This document shows positions 15,916 through 25,848 of a stretch of 64,000 nt of DNA, in pieces. The notes under the pieces are model-generated. The model was not told the origin of the DNA, searched no databases, and worked only from the letters and a program-made list of their open reading frames with translations. A program made the position numbers and the translations under genes. Source of the DNA: a virus; the IMG/VR virus record IMGVR_UViG_3300045988_148153, positions 1-64,000 of that record. One strand, 5' to 3'. How positions within the stretch are numbered: the stretch's first letter is position 1; every line of letters starts with the position of its first letter.

Positions 15916-17370
15916 TTAGAGTTTCAATACTTGGTTCCTGTTGCCTTCCCTTCGGTGGCTGACGTGTACCCATGAGAAGTTTTCCTCATCAATGACCTGG
16001 TCGAAGGGAAGCTTCAATTCTTGTATAAGATTGAACAGCCTTTTGTTCTCTTTCGGGGTATTCGGAGTACCGACAATATCAGCAGCACATCCATTGCAAT
16101 TTCCTTGTATAGAGACCTTCCCGTTTCTCCTTACTATCACGGTTGTGTTTACGTTATTTGCGCACCACACAATACCATCATAATCGACCCATTGATAATC
16201 TGTTTCTTTCAGTCTTGTTTCGCTACGGTTATCGCAAATACTAAACATGTAAGCCTCCTTGCTCGTTCCGCATTTGCCTTTTATCACATATTTGCTTTGG
16301 GACTTTACACTACACACGCTTCGCATACCGCTTAACACACACATACCATGAATCGTGTCTCTGTTTTTATCCGAAACCGTAGTTATAGAAAAATTAGCGT
16401 TACCCTCTCGTTCATCTCTATGTCCATCAAAAAATGCGTATTCATATAACAGTTCCTTCTGCTGCCATCCTGGCAACAACCAAAGCCACCTCGGAAGTAT
16501 TTTATCCTCACCAACCATTTCAAATATGGGTTTCGAATCGGTTGAGTTAATCCAAAAAGTCAAAGCTCCGTCTTTTCTAAGCTTTGTCTTTATCGGGATG
16601 TTAATCTTATTTAGAAGCTCTGCAACACGTGTGATTTTACGCTCTTTTTTAAGATTAAACCCAATACCATGAAAACGCCTATTTCTAATATGTAAAAAAC
16701 CATCAGACACAATAGCCATCACAAGCCTTAACATATCCATGCTGTCAGCCATGTCAATAACACCCGGTGAATTGGAGGCGCACATAAACCATCTTCTTTT
16801 CCCAAAAATATCTTTGGCAAGTTCTATGTGGTATTTATCGTTGTTTGTTTTTAAAGAATCAAAATAAGCTTGCCCATTTTGGGTAATGCTTTTTGTATTT
16901 TTCTTGATGTATTTATGCGAGTCGTATCTTATAAACATTCTATGTCCATCGGTAACGCAAATATCAGCTATCTGATTATGTACGCGCATCATTTTCCCTG
17001 TATGTCGGTACATAATGAGTTCTGCAATAGGAACTACCTCGACTCTATTTCTATCCATTGAATAAGAAAATATAGTTTCCCCTTCACTTAACTCATAGTA
17101 TTTTTTCCATCCATCAGTGGTCAGAAGCTCCGTTTCTTCATCAAAGCAATGGTCGCTTGTTTTAGAGCCGCCTACCGCCTTATTCAAAGCAGGACAACGG
17201 TATCCGCTTGTTACTGTGATAGGCTTGCCGTAAGCCTCTCTTAACGGGTCGAGAACATTGTCAACCAACGCTTGTGCATTGGGGAGCAGTTCTTTCGGCA
17301 GTCTGTTATCTATAGCTTTCTTATCAGCCGTTTCGCTTTTAATCAGTTCTGCAATTGTAAAGTATCTCAT
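15916..17370 (-). CDS. peptidase M15-family endolysin interrupted by an intein
   Basis: Exteins join to SGYRCPALNKAVGGSKTSDH|CNGCAADIV, matching SxHxxGxAxD of M15 peptidases. The likely start is MRYFTIAE at 17370. Confidence 0.8.
   Translation of the reverse strand: MRYFTIAELIKSETADKKAIDNRLPKELLPNAQALVDNVLDPLREAYGKPITVTSGYRCPALNKAVGGSKTSDHCFDEETELLTTDGWKKYYELSEGETIFSYSMDRNRVEVVPIAELIMYRHTGKMMRVHNQIADICVTDGHRMFIRYDSHKYIKKNTKSITQNGQAYFDSLKTNNDKYHIELAKDIFGKRRWFMCASNSPGVIDMADSMDMLRLVMAIVSDGFLHIRNRRFHGIGFNLKKERKITRVAELLNKINIPIKTKLRKDGALTFWINSTDSKPIFEMVGEDKILPRWLWLLPGWQQKELLYEYAFFDGHRDEREGNANFSITTVSDKNRDTIHGMCVLSGMRSVCSVKSQSKYVIKGKCGTSKEAYMFSICDNRSETRLKETDYQWVDYDGIVWCANNVNTTVIVRRNGKVSIQGNCNGCAADIVGTPNTPKENKRLFNLIQELKLPFDQVIDEENFSWVHVSHRREGNRNQVLKL
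16099..17148 (-). mobile_element. 350-aa intein with LAGLIDADG homing endonuclease
   Basis: Begins CFDEETELLT and ends SIQGN followed by +1 Cys. Two LAGLIDADG-like motifs, LVMAIVSDGF and YEYAFFDGH. Confidence 0.75.
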
Positions 17371-17371
17371 A

Positions 17372-17551
17372 TTATTTCTCCTTTCTAAAGTATTTGTCAT
17401 AAACCACACGAGCCACCCAGCCGACAACAGCGCCGACACCGAATGACACAACAGTAGTCAAGTTTACCCAAAACGGAGTGTAGTGCATGTAAAGCATTAC
17501 TCCCACGATGATAGCGATAACAATCGCTGCGATAATCAATTTCTTTTTCAT
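17372..17551 (-). CDS. small two-TM membrane protein (59 aa; holin/antiholin or spanin candidate)
   Basis: MKKKLIIAAIVIAIIVGVML...VSFGVGAVVGWVARVV, lying between the holin and the endolysin. Confidence 0.45.
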   Translation of the reverse strand: MKKKLIIAAIVIAIIVGVMLYMHYTPFWVNLTTVVSFGVGAVVGWVARVVYDKYFRKEK

Positions 17552-17555
17552 TTTG

Positions 17556-18014
17556 TTACTCCTTATCTTTAGTTATTATTTCACTCACATCTTCTTTCTC
17601 AACATCGAGTACTTTTTTACCGAATAGTCCTAATGCTTTTAGTAAGTTGAAATTATATCCTTTGGGCTTTAGAATGTTACTTATAATAGAGCAGAACTCT
17701 ATAAAGCAGACAAACAGGCATGAATACACATCAATATTCCACTTGCTCCCGGAAGCGATGTTTATCATCACCACCATACATACAAAAGCGAAGTAAGTCA
17801 CCATCTTACCCATAGTCCTGCGGATAGCACTGGAAAAGCGCGCTTCTTCGCCCATCAACAGGCTTTTCCTCACTCCAAATGCTAAGTCACACACTACGAC
17901 TGAAAATGTCACTATCAGCCACGGTATCATGTGTTCCAATGACTGCATAATAAAGCTACTCGCTATTACCGAAAATCCCCCAGGTATGCTTTGGGTAATA
18001 ATGTTATTCTGCAT
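17556..18014 (-). CDS. holin
   Basis: Multi-TM 152-aa protein upstream of the endolysin. CDLAFGVRKS...SSAIRRTMGKMV resembles the LL-H/phage_holin_4 family. Confidence 0.6.
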   Translation of the reverse strand: MQNNIITQSIPGGFSVIASSFIMQSLEHMIPWLIVTFSVVVCDLAFGVRKSLLMGEEARFSSAIRRTMGKMVTYFAFVCMVVMINIASGSKWNIDVYSCLFVCFIEFCSIISNILKPKGYNFNLLKALGLFGKKVLDVEKEDVSEIITKDKE

Positions 18015-18113
18015 CTTATCGTTACTTTTACAATTATCCGTATCTTTGTGCCGTTCACAGCGGTATGTAATTACCGCTATTCCCGTTTTGCTCGTGAGAG
18101 TAGGACGGGATTT

Positions 18114-18554
18114 TTATATCTTGCCGTAATAGTGGAACCACGCTCCCCACTTCCGCTCTTTCAGATAGTTCGGATTGCCCTGATTCAGTTTGGCTTCCAT
18201 CTCAAATGCGCTCGCTCGATAGGCGTTATTGTTTACCTTGCCGCCGCCTATCCGTTCGTCCGTAAACAGATGGTACACGAAGCTCACAAACCATTCCGCC
18301 AAATACAGAATGTAATAGAATAGCGGGATAAGGAGCAACCACCATGCGCTGACATAGAATGACAATAATACGGACGGGATAGCCGCTATCTCCATGCACT
18401 CGAAGAACTGTTTTTGATGGGTTTTCTCATGGCGAAACACGGTTTCTGATAACACGTTAAATTTGGTTAGGATGAAGCCGAAGAACATTATCGTGTGATA
18501 GCTGCCAAAGAGTATCAATTTGGCTAACTTGCTGTTGTAATAGATTGTTTTCAT
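18114..18554 (-). CDS. polytopic membrane protein with HExxH motif
   Basis: RHEKTHQKQ (HExxH) between hydrophobic helices. Confidence 0.5.
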   Translation of the reverse strand: MKTIYYNSKLAKLILFGSYHTIMFFGFILTKFNVLSETVFRHEKTHQKQFFECMEIAAIPSVLLSFYVSAWWLLLIPLFYYILYLAEWFVSFVYHLFTDERIGGGKVNNNAYRASAFEMEAKLNQGNPNYLKERKWGAWFHYYGKI

Positions 18555-18586
18555 AATTTGTTATTTAAGTATCTATAACATTAGAA

Positions 18587-19012
18587 TTATCCATTTATTT
18601 GAGTAATAATACATATATAAGTAGCTTTCACTTCACTATCTCCTGAGAATTGAATTTCAATCTGTCCATTAAAACTATAATTATCAACAATAGGAGTACC
18701 GTCATCATATCCATAAGATAGACTTCCGTCAATTGATTTAGAAGTGTCTGATAAGTCTAAGAAGACACTAATATTAGCATCAAAAGCTTTATATATTACT
18801 TCATTGGGTTGAAGTAATATAGGAACCATTCCACTATCCGCACTAAAGAAACCATCAAATACTTTATCAGAAGCATTAATAACAACAGTTTTACATGGAG
18901 CCGTATAATTATTGTCTATAATATTACTTACGCCCCCAAGAATTTCAGTACTACCCACAAACAGCCCAGCTCCCGCCGAACCAACTCTAAGATTACTATT
19001 TTCGTTACTCAT
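18587..19012 (-). CDS. hypothetical tail-associated protein
   Basis: 141-aa ORF downstream of the tail fibre gene. Confidence 0.45.
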   Translation of the reverse strand: MSNENSNLRVGSAGAGLFVGSTEILGGVSNIIDNNYTAPCKTVVINASDKVFDGFFSADSGMVPILLQPNEVIYKAFDANISVFLDLSDTSKSIDGSLSYGYDDGTPIVDNYSFNGQIEIQFSGDSEVKATYICIITQING

Positions 19013-19022
19013 AATTGTTGTT

Positions 19023-20723
19023 TTAATCGGTTACACAATATGCTGTATTGGCATCCTTAGAGCCAAGAGCCTCGTATTCAGCGGCGGTTTTCTTGGTGAG
19101 GGTGGTGAGGTTGTCACTACGAACAACATCTGTGATTACAATCTTATTCTCACTGCTTGTTTCCGATACATCATAATAGTATATATAGCAAGATTTTAAT
19201 GTTGAACCGTAACCAAAAGTAAATAGCAATTCAAAATATCCATTTCCCGGTTCTGATAAACAATACTGAATATTTGCATTTATGATATATCCAAAATAAT
19301 TTCCAGCTTCTTCATCGTAATGTCTTGCGCTAAACCTAAGACCTCTATATCTCCCTTCAGCGTAATTCTCAGCAAATGATATAAAATTGCCAAATAATTC
19401 GTTAACCAATCCTTGTACGGTTTCTCCTGTTATAACGGTGTTATTAATCCATTTATTGAGAATAGTACCGTCTACGTTTCTAACAAGAATTTTATCATCC
19501 ACATACTTCTTCGTCGCCGGATGATAAGGCTTCGTAGGCGTATATTCGGTCTCATTGTTTTTAGTGAGCACATCTGACTTTTCTGGAACTTCCACCCAAT
19601 CTCTATTTTTACGACCGTAGACGTTACCGTTAGAGGGGGCTTCGTAAATATGATTTAAAACCTGAGACGATTTGGTAGCAACTCCATCCGTGACTGTTAC
19701 AACTAATTGGAAAGTCGTTTCTGTAATAATTGCCATCATAAAATTAGCATTATTAGCATCCGTATAGGTAGCCATCGCCATTATCGGAATATATACAAGT
19801 TTCATCCCTGATTCTTCGGGGATGTTTGCCACAACACATACAGTATCTTTATTGACGATGCTCTGACATATATCCATGAAAGCGTCTTTCCCACCAAAGG
19901 CATTAAATATCTCATCGGGTGTTGCTTGGTCGCTTAGGCTCATCACAGCAACAGGAATAACTACCACGTTCCCCGAACCGCCGCCCGCTATCTTCCCTTG
20001 ATTAACCCAGCCGCCGTTTACCCATGCGTAGTAATCATAAGGGGCTTCCGTACCTACGGCCATGAACCCGTCAACTGCCGAACCGTCGGGAACGGCGGAT
20101 TTCAAGGCTTCAAGGGTGGCGTATTCGCCGGAGACACGGAAAGAGCTTCCCGGTTTGCCCTTGCAATAAATACCCGTCTTGTCGAAGCTATCTGTTTCTT
20201 TGTTATACACATAGACATAATGGTCTGTTCCTATATAGGTCGGATTGTTGGCAACCTTTTCGGCATCTTGTGCGGCTGTATTAGCGGCTTCTGCTTTTTC
20301 TTCAGCATTTGATGCGGCGTTGTTTGCGGCTTCTGCTTTTTCTTCAGCATTTGATGCGGCGTTGTTTGCGGATTGAGTAGCTGCTTCCGCTTCTTCTTTT
20401 GCTGCGGTGGCATCGGATGCAGCTTGTGCCGCCAACTCTGCTTTCTCATTGGCGGTATTTGCGGCTGTCTGTGCTGCGGTGGCATTACTTTCTGCTTTAT
20501 CGGCGGCTTCGTTTGCTTTATCAGCAGCTTCCAAAGCAGGAGCAACCAACAATTCAAGAGATGCTTTTACCACGGTAGGCACTTCTGTTCCGCTTGCCGG
20601 TTGATAGGCCGGAAGAGATGATATGTCATCCGTGCTTTCCGCATCCGGCACTTCATTAACCCCTATGGATTTAGCCATAAGACGGGCAACTATTTCTTGA
20701 TAATCCTGTTCAGTCCAAGCCAT
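19023..20723 (-). CDS. tail fibre protein with Ala/Glu-rich coiled coil
   Basis: 566 aa with a long AEAANxAAxxAEEKAE heptad-like region, then a globular C-terminus. Confidence 0.6.
   Translation of the reverse strand: MAWTEQDYQEIVARLMAKSIGVNEVPDAESTDDISSLPAYQPASGTEVPTVVKASLELLVAPALEAADKANEAADKAESNATAAQTAANTANEKAELAAQAASDATAAKEEAEAATQSANNAASNAEEKAEAANNAASNAEEKAEAANTAAQDAEKVANNPTYIGTDHYVYVYNKETDSFDKTGIYCKGKPGSSFRVSGEYATLEALKSAVPDGSAVDGFMAVGTEAPYDYYAWVNGGWVNQGKIAGGGSGNVVVIPVAVMSLSDQATPDEIFNAFGGKDAFMDICQSIVNKDTVCVVANIPEESGMKLVYIPIMAMATYTDANNANFMMAIITETTFQLVVTVTDGVATKSSQVLNHIYEAPSNGNVYGRKNRDWVEVPEKSDVLTKNNETEYTPTKPYHPATKKYVDDKILVRNVDGTILNKWINNTVITGETVQGLVNELFGNFISFAENYAEGRYRGLRFSARHYDEEAGNYFGYIINANIQYCLSEPGNGYFELLFTFGYGSTLKSCYIYYYDVSETSSENKIVITDVVRSDNLTTLTKKTAAEYEALGSKDANTAYCVTD
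20284..20367. repeat. perfect 2 x 42-nt tandem duplication
   Basis: gcggcttctgctttttcttcagcatttgatgcggcgttgttt occurs twice and encodes NAASNAEEKAEAAN twice. Confidence 0.95.
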
Positions 20724-20728
20724 AATTA

Positions 20729-21022
20729 TTATTGTTTATCGGTTACTTCTTCCGGTTGATTGGCGATAGCACGGTTGAGTGTGTCAATGAAGAAAGGTTT
20801 GCAAAAAGTATTTGCATACTCCTGTATCAAAGTCACTTCCTCATCGGTATATTCTGTTTCTTCACCGGAATTATATATCTTCATAGCAAGTGCATGTGAT
20901 GCGATACCGTTACCGTTACGGTATAGTACATTAGCAAAATCTTCCCGGCAATCCTTGTTTTCACAATGTTTACGGGCTACATCTGTCGCAATCAGCATCT
21001 TTTCAAAGTTTATCTTTTTCAT
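20729..21022 (-). CDS. hypothetical protein
   Basis: 97-aa ORF in the late operon. Confidence 0.5.
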   Translation of the reverse strand: MKKINFEKMLIATDVARKHCENKDCREDFANVLYRNGNGIASHALAMKIYNSGEETEYTDEEVTLIQEYANTFCKPFFIDTLNRAIANQPEEVTDKQ

Positions 21023-21042
21023 AATCTATAATCGTTTTAATG

Positions 21043-24000
21043 TTATCCACAGTAGAAATGAACCCAGTAGGAGCCATCGAACATATAAATACTCGAAGCT
21101 CCATTCAGGGCTGTCTCTGATTTGGTTCCTCTATTATTGGCATTCATAAGATTCCCTCTTACTATTATATTCCTGCTTAACTCGTTCTTTACAAATACCA
21201 TTTTACCCAAATTGGCGGAACTCGGCAGATATAAAACTGGGTCATAACTTGGAGAGGCATTGCTGTAAGTTACGAAATCATCTGTATCCTCAAGCGTATA
21301 AGAGGCTGGCACTCCGATTGTATCAATGCCTAATCTTCTCACCCCTATTGATACTCCTGCGGCATCTAATCTGTTTACTCTTACCGATTCACCGTTTCTG
21401 GCATTCAATGCCACATTTCCAAACGCCTTTATTGCATAAGTATCGAATCCAGCCTGGGCAATTATATCTACACCGATAGAATGATTACCATAGGCACTCA
21501 ACCTTAATGCTGTCATTTCATCTCCACGAATACCGCACATTGCATTAGTGGAAGTATTCACTTCAAAAAATCTTCCGCCATTCTGTCCTATCCGCAATCT
21601 TGCAGTTGGATTTGATGTAATATTCTCAAGCCCGTATTGGGTTATCTTAAATGCACCGACATATCCGTTTCCTGCTGTTATATCTCCCGTAAAAGAGCCG
21701 TTATGACATTCGATAGAACCATCTTCGTGTATCTTTATGTTTCCATTGGCCGTAATTACTCCTTCCAGTTGAATATGCTGCGACTTTAACGATATTTTAT
21801 CCGCCGACACATTAAACAGAGATGACACTTTAGTATTACCTTCTCCGCCTTTGTCATTGAACTCCGCCGCCGCCCAAATCTTGACACCATCCGCAGTGGT
21901 TAACCATCCTGCGCTCTTGCTTTCAAGATTGGATGTTCTTTCCGCTACCGCTTCAATCTTTTCATTGGTTTGGCTTAGCTGGGTTTCAAACTTTGTTATC
22001 ATGTCCTCGTAGGCATTATCGGTCAACGCCAACGAATGTATGTATATGTCCCCTGTAAACTTCAACTCAAAATCGCCCGTTCCGTCCCATGTGCCGGGAT
22101 ACTCCTTCATTATATATTTTTCACCCGGTTCGAGCTGTTCGGTGAAATGCAGGTTCTGACCGGGAAAGCCTATCGTAATAGTTCCTGCTGTAATCACCTT
22201 GTATTTAAAGGAGATAAAGAACTTTCTCGGTTCTTCTCCTTCCTCATAAGTCGGCTTATTGGCTAAATCAGCATTGGATTGTTTTATGCCGGAAGAAAGT
22301 ATGCGAAGCACGTTTCTATCTCCGTCTCTGATAATGGCAGCCATAGCATCCTTACGGGAGTAGAACTTTCCATTCACCAATAAGAATTTTCCGTTTACAG
22401 TGAAAAAGTGAATGTCGTTCTTCGCTTCCCAACCGTTCGTATTGGATGCGAATGCTGAATTGTACAGGTAGTTATCCTCTGCCTGTATCTCGTCAAGCAC
22501 TTTGGAGATTTCCGAATAAATAAGGTCTTCCAATATCTGGAACTGGGTCATAATGTTTATGCCTGTTTTCAGGATAAAATCACCCATGAACTTGTTGCCT
22601 TGCGGGCTGATAACCGTCACTTCCTTACCCGCCATTGAATAGGAATTTATTCCGGCGTATTGATGGATACTTGGCGCATCATCACCATACACAGACAACG
22701 TTATTGCATTCTGACGCTTCTTATCTGTACGGTTACCGAGTTGTACAAGGCTGTCACCTTCCTGCGGTATGTCACTACCGGCATCACAGTCTGTCTTGCT
22801 TAAATCAATATAATCCTCGCCAACACCTACACACAAACACCAGTAATAACGGTTGGAAACATTCTCATAGACACCCGGTTTGATGTTAAAGTCTTGAAAC
22901 CGTACCTGGTCGCCTTCTTTGAATGGGTTCTCAATAGCTGTTTCTCCATCATCCACCAAAAGATAGCAGCGCCAAAAATCTTCATGCTCTTCCACCGTTC
23001 CGCATTTCATTCCGGCAGCGGTGAACATATAGTTACCCCCTGCATAAGAGAGCTTCTTTATCTCCAGTTCAGAGAACATCGCTTTGATGCGGACAAACAG
23101 TTCATCTACTTCAATGTAGGATTTACCCGTCTTGCTGTCTACTTTGATGACAAAACCCTCACCGAGTGCACCGGAAGAAAAGTTCATTGATTGGATGTAG
23201 TCAGAAAATAATCCGCCTAAGAACTTTACTAAATAACTGGTTTGGTCTGGCTTGGTTTTATTTAAAAACAGCTTGTCACCAAAGGCTTTAATGATTGATT
23301 CCACTTGTTGGGTAGTCAATCCGCCACCGCCTTGCCCGCCTACAATAGAATCTATCTGATTCTGTATTTTTTCTAAAGTTCCTACAGCCTTATCATTGCG
23401 GAGAGTGATACCATATGTCGGAATAAGTCCGTCCCCTTCTTTTATCGTAAGGCTGTCAATGATAATGCTTCCATTGATGTTTAGGTCTTCATCTTCAAAT
23501 AGCATCAAATCCCCTTCTTTTATGCTGTCGTGCAGTTCAGGATGGCGAGCCATAAATATTTCATCCACCTTAGGCTCATAGGTATATCTTACATAATCGT
23601 TTTTTGCAAGATATTCTTTGGAAGCTGTTAGCAATCTTTGGGAAGCGGCTTTTATGTATACATCCGGCATATCAATTCCCAGAAGTACAAATTTATCTCC
23701 GGCCTTTATTTTGAAATCCTTATATGGAAAATACAGATTTAATCCCTCATCATAGGTTCTGTTGCAGGTTAGAACCCACATATTCCCTTGCTTTATGGGC
23801 TTATCAGCATCTCCGAGTATTTCAAATTCACGCCCACCGCACATTCCGCTTTTCATGGATATGGTAGCAGTTTCCCCCGTCAGATAATCGTTTATGTCAA
23901 ACCCAATATCTTTAAGATATATCTTGAATGGCGGGATAGTTTCTCCTTCTTCGAAGTATCCATCATCTGTAATTGCTGTATTATCTTTATTTACGGAATC

Positions 24001-25287
24001 GGCGGCAATTTCATCCAACGCCCCGGTGGCATTTACGCTTATTCCTGCATCTATTAATTGTTGCGCAGTCATTCCTTCCATTGAAGGGTATATTTCCGGT
24101 AGGGAACTGTCGCTTCCATCAAAGAATACCGAGCCTTCCCGTACTCCGATAGCATCTATGTTTTTGCTATCAAGGTATGGATCGAGCGTCTTTCCGGGAA
24201 AATCAGGAAGCATTAAGTTTTTAACGCCCATGTTATTGGGAACCAGTGCGCCGGAAGGTCTTTTGTATTTTCTTGGGACGTTATCGGTAAAAATACCTTC
24301 CTCTATTCGCATGGAAGCCCCTACTTTAACGTAGTTCTTGTCGTTCTCACTGTTCAGCCAAACGTTGCATTTTCCCAAATAGTTTGCCCTCTCCATTTTA
24401 TAAGACTTCCCGTTGATTGTCACATCGTATTTCTCCATAGAAGAAATGAACTTCATTTCAAAAGGAAGTGTTACGACAGCAACGGCTATCTTATGCGTAT
24501 TGGGAGTGTATCCATAATCAGCTTCCTCGATAGGGGCTATTACTATCGGCTTTCCATATACGGCATAATAATTAGTCGGCAAGTTTCTCGTACTACCGTA
24601 TGCTCTTAGCCGAGTAATAATCTTCTGCGATGAATCCGCAGTCTTTTGTATGGAATACAATCCTTTGCCTTTTCCATATCCGAACATACTACCTACGGCA
24701 ATTCCGGCTGTACCTATGGTTATTGTTCGCCCTCTTATGATAAAGTTTGCATTAAACTCGCTGTTTGCCAATGCGAGTGCATCCCATACATTTATATTAC
24801 TTATTGATATGGACTTGTTAGCGTCGTTCACATATTCAGGATGTACCGCAACCGTCCATTTTTGTTCTCCTTTATAGATGCGGTCAAGGTTTACTTGTAT
24901 CCTTTCTGCAAGGGCGTTAATATTTTCGGCGTAGAAACTGAATGTAGGTAGTGAGGAGTAGTGGATTAAGTTATCCTCTTTTACATAGTCCAGAAATTCA
25001 CATCTCGTAAGCTCGTCTGCGAGCGAGTTGAAAACCACGTTCTCATACTTGAAAGCCTCTCCGTATGTATTCTTGGCGGCTTGCTTCAGTTCGGTAGGGT
25101 CGTAGTTTATTTCAAACCTTTCTTCACGATATGTCAGATAGTCTCCGACTTCAAAATCAATGGGGGTGGGGGACGTAACGGTAATGTTAACGGAACAAGC
25201 TCCCATAAACTCTCCGTTATATTCCAGCTTCTCGGCGATACATCGCTGAGTTTGCCCATCCTTGCTATATATTATAAACCGTCCCAT
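21043..25287 (-). CDS. large tail tip/host-specificity protein (Tal/gpJ-like)
   Basis: 1414-aa ORF directly after the distal-tail-like gene. Assigned by size and position. Confidence 0.6.
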   Translation of the reverse strand: MGRFIIYSKDGQTQRCIAEKLEYNGEFMGACSVNITVTSPTPIDFEVGDYLTYREERFEINYDPTELKQAAKNTYGEAFKYENVVFNSLADELTRCEFLDYVKEDNLIHYSSLPTFSFYAENINALAERIQVNLDRIYKGEQKWTVAVHPEYVNDANKSISISNINVWDALALANSEFNANFIIRGRTITIGTAGIAVGSMFGYGKGKGLYSIQKTADSSQKIITRLRAYGSTRNLPTNYYAVYGKPIVIAPIEEADYGYTPNTHKIAVAVVTLPFEMKFISSMEKYDVTINGKSYKMERANYLGKCNVWLNSENDKNYVKVGASMRIEEGIFTDNVPRKYKRPSGALVPNNMGVKNLMLPDFPGKTLDPYLDSKNIDAIGVREGSVFFDGSDSSLPEIYPSMEGMTAQQLIDAGISVNATGALDEIAADSVNKDNTAITDDGYFEEGETIPPFKIYLKDIGFDINDYLTGETATISMKSGMCGGREFEILGDADKPIKQGNMWVLTCNRTYDEGLNLYFPYKDFKIKAGDKFVLLGIDMPDVYIKAASQRLLTASKEYLAKNDYVRYTYEPKVDEIFMARHPELHDSIKEGDLMLFEDEDLNINGSIIIDSLTIKEGDGLIPTYGITLRNDKAVGTLEKIQNQIDSIVGGQGGGGLTTQQVESIIKAFGDKLFLNKTKPDQTSYLVKFLGGLFSDYIQSMNFSSGALGEGFVIKVDSKTGKSYIEVDELFVRIKAMFSELEIKKLSYAGGNYMFTAAGMKCGTVEEHEDFWRCYLLVDDGETAIENPFKEGDQVRFQDFNIKPGVYENVSNRYYWCLCVGVGEDYIDLSKTDCDAGSDIPQEGDSLVQLGNRTDKKRQNAITLSVYGDDAPSIHQYAGINSYSMAGKEVTVISPQGNKFMGDFILKTGINIMTQFQILEDLIYSEISKVLDEIQAEDNYLYNSAFASNTNGWEAKNDIHFFTVNGKFLLVNGKFYSRKDAMAAIIRDGDRNVLRILSSGIKQSNADLANKPTYEEGEEPRKFFISFKYKVITAGTITIGFPGQNLHFTEQLEPGEKYIMKEYPGTWDGTGDFELKFTGDIYIHSLALTDNAYEDMITKFETQLSQTNEKIEAVAERTSNLESKSAGWLTTADGVKIWAAAEFNDKGGEGNTKVSSLFNVSADKISLKSQHIQLEGVITANGNIKIHEDGSIECHNGSFTGDITAGNGYVGAFKITQYGLENITSNPTARLRIGQNGGRFFEVNTSTNAMCGIRGDEMTALRLSAYGNHSIGVDIIAQAGFDTYAIKAFGNVALNARNGESVRVNRLDAAGVSIGVRRLGIDTIGVPASYTLEDTDDFVTYSNASPSYDPVLYLPSSANLGKMVFVKNELSRNIIVRGNLMNANNRGTKSETALNGASSIYMFDGSYWVHFYCG

Positions 25288-25757
25288 TATACAGAAAGAA
25301 TAATTTGTGTTTTGGGGTCGGTTACCCGAAATGTAATATTAAAAGTTACAACATCTCCCTCATCCGTATTACGAACGAAAAGGTCATGCTTTATGGATTT
25401 GAAATAAATTCCTTGCCTGCCTATTTTAGTATAAGTGTCATAAACCTTCAGTTCAGTTCCGTAACCATCTTTCCCAATCAGATAGTCCAGGAAGGCGATA
25501 ATCTTTTCATTGGCCGCCCCCATATCCCCTTTATAGGCAAACTCTACGTCCATATCATAGGCTTGCATACAGAGTTCTTCGGGGAAAAAAGTGTCTTCTC
25601 CGTCTTGGTCTATCCAGTCTCTTTTGGGCAAATCCTTAATCTCTCCATATACAGTAAAAGGGAAATCCTTGCACACAATCCCCCATTGGGACTGCGTATC
25701 AATAACAGGACTTCCCAGTTTACTTTTTTGAAAATAGATACTGTAAGGTTTTGCCAT
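25287..25757 (-). CDS. distal tail protein (Dit)-like
   Basis: 156 aa, ATG/stop overlap with the 1414-aa gene. Positional inference. Confidence 0.4.
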   Translation of the reverse strand: MAKPYSIYFQKSKLGSPVIDTQSQWGIVCKDFPFTVYGEIKDLPKRDWIDQDGEDTFFPEELCMQAYDMDVEFAYKGDMGAANEKIIAFLDYLIGKDGYGTELKVYDTYTKIGRQGIYFKSIKHDLFVRNTDEGDVVTFNITFRVTDPKTQIILSV

Positions 25758-25780
25758 GTGTTATTTTGAGTTTGTGTCGT

Positions 25781-25828
25781 AAAAAACAAAAAGAGCCAAT
25801 CAACGGTATATCCGTTAATCAGCTCTTT
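25781..25828 (-). terminator. leader hairpin + U-tract between promoter and the Dit-like gene
   Basis: Minus strand AAAGAGC..AACGG-atata-CCGTT..GCTCTTT followed by TTGTTTTTT. The ATG is 24 nt further on. Confidence 0.6.
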
Positions 25829-25848
25829 GGCTTGTATTATCAATACTG

